Origin: Sphaerodactylus townsendi
Taxonomy: Eukaryota
Assembly: GCF_021028975.2 (NCBI RefSeq)
Contig: NC_059426.1
Location: 142,228,001-142,292,000 of the forward strand
Length of the DNA: 64,000 nucleotides
Direction of reading: 5' to 3'
The translations under genes were made by a program, and so were the position numbers. The notes beneath the pieces were generated by a model. It searched no databases. It had not been told where the DNA came from and saw only the letters and a program-made list of their open reading frames with translations. This document shows, in pieces, positions 63,936 through 64,000 of the stretch. The first letter of the stretch is position 1. Each line of letters opens with the position of its first letter.

Positions 63936-64000
63936 ATAGGGAGACGGGTTTTTTTGACAAAGCCTCAGCAAGGAGCAAAGGCTGCCGGTAGGCAATCAGA

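Noticed and set aside
56403-64000. TMED10 exons 1-2
   Set aside because: No signal-peptide or GOLD-domain N-terminal exon recognised; presumably beyond the window end

Overview
Vertebrate genomic DNA. The repeat content (RTE/BovB-like, CR1, L2, tRNA/5S SINEs, many hAT MITEs, Penelope-like fragments) suggests a squamate reptile; this is an inference. The minus strand carries the complete 22-exon NEK9 coding sequence (823-27376, 966 aa by manual splicing, all GT-AG) with a CpG-island promoter. It also carries the last three coding exons of TMED10, matching the known NEK9-TMED10 synteny. The most unusual object is a young-looking 6.3-kb endogenous retrovirus (31752-38055, minus strand) between the two genes, with a 6-bp TSD, two LTRs, a perfect tRNA-Phe PBS and a PPT. 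It has betaretrovirus-like gag, a degenerate dUTPase and pro, but no recognisable RT or RNaseH and only the tail of integrase. In place of pol is a ~650-nt unknown cassette bounded by a splice acceptor and donor, with Arg-rich and CxxC..CxxC motifs. The env combines a beta-type leader with an ISD/CX6CC-type TM. The provirus, a related solo LTR and a MITE are all nested in one old RTE LINE. Other points: a MITE repaired with locally templated insertions, Penelope-type hammerhead motifs and transposon-borne CTCF motifs. All calls are by eye, and the ERV frameshifts may be assembly errors.
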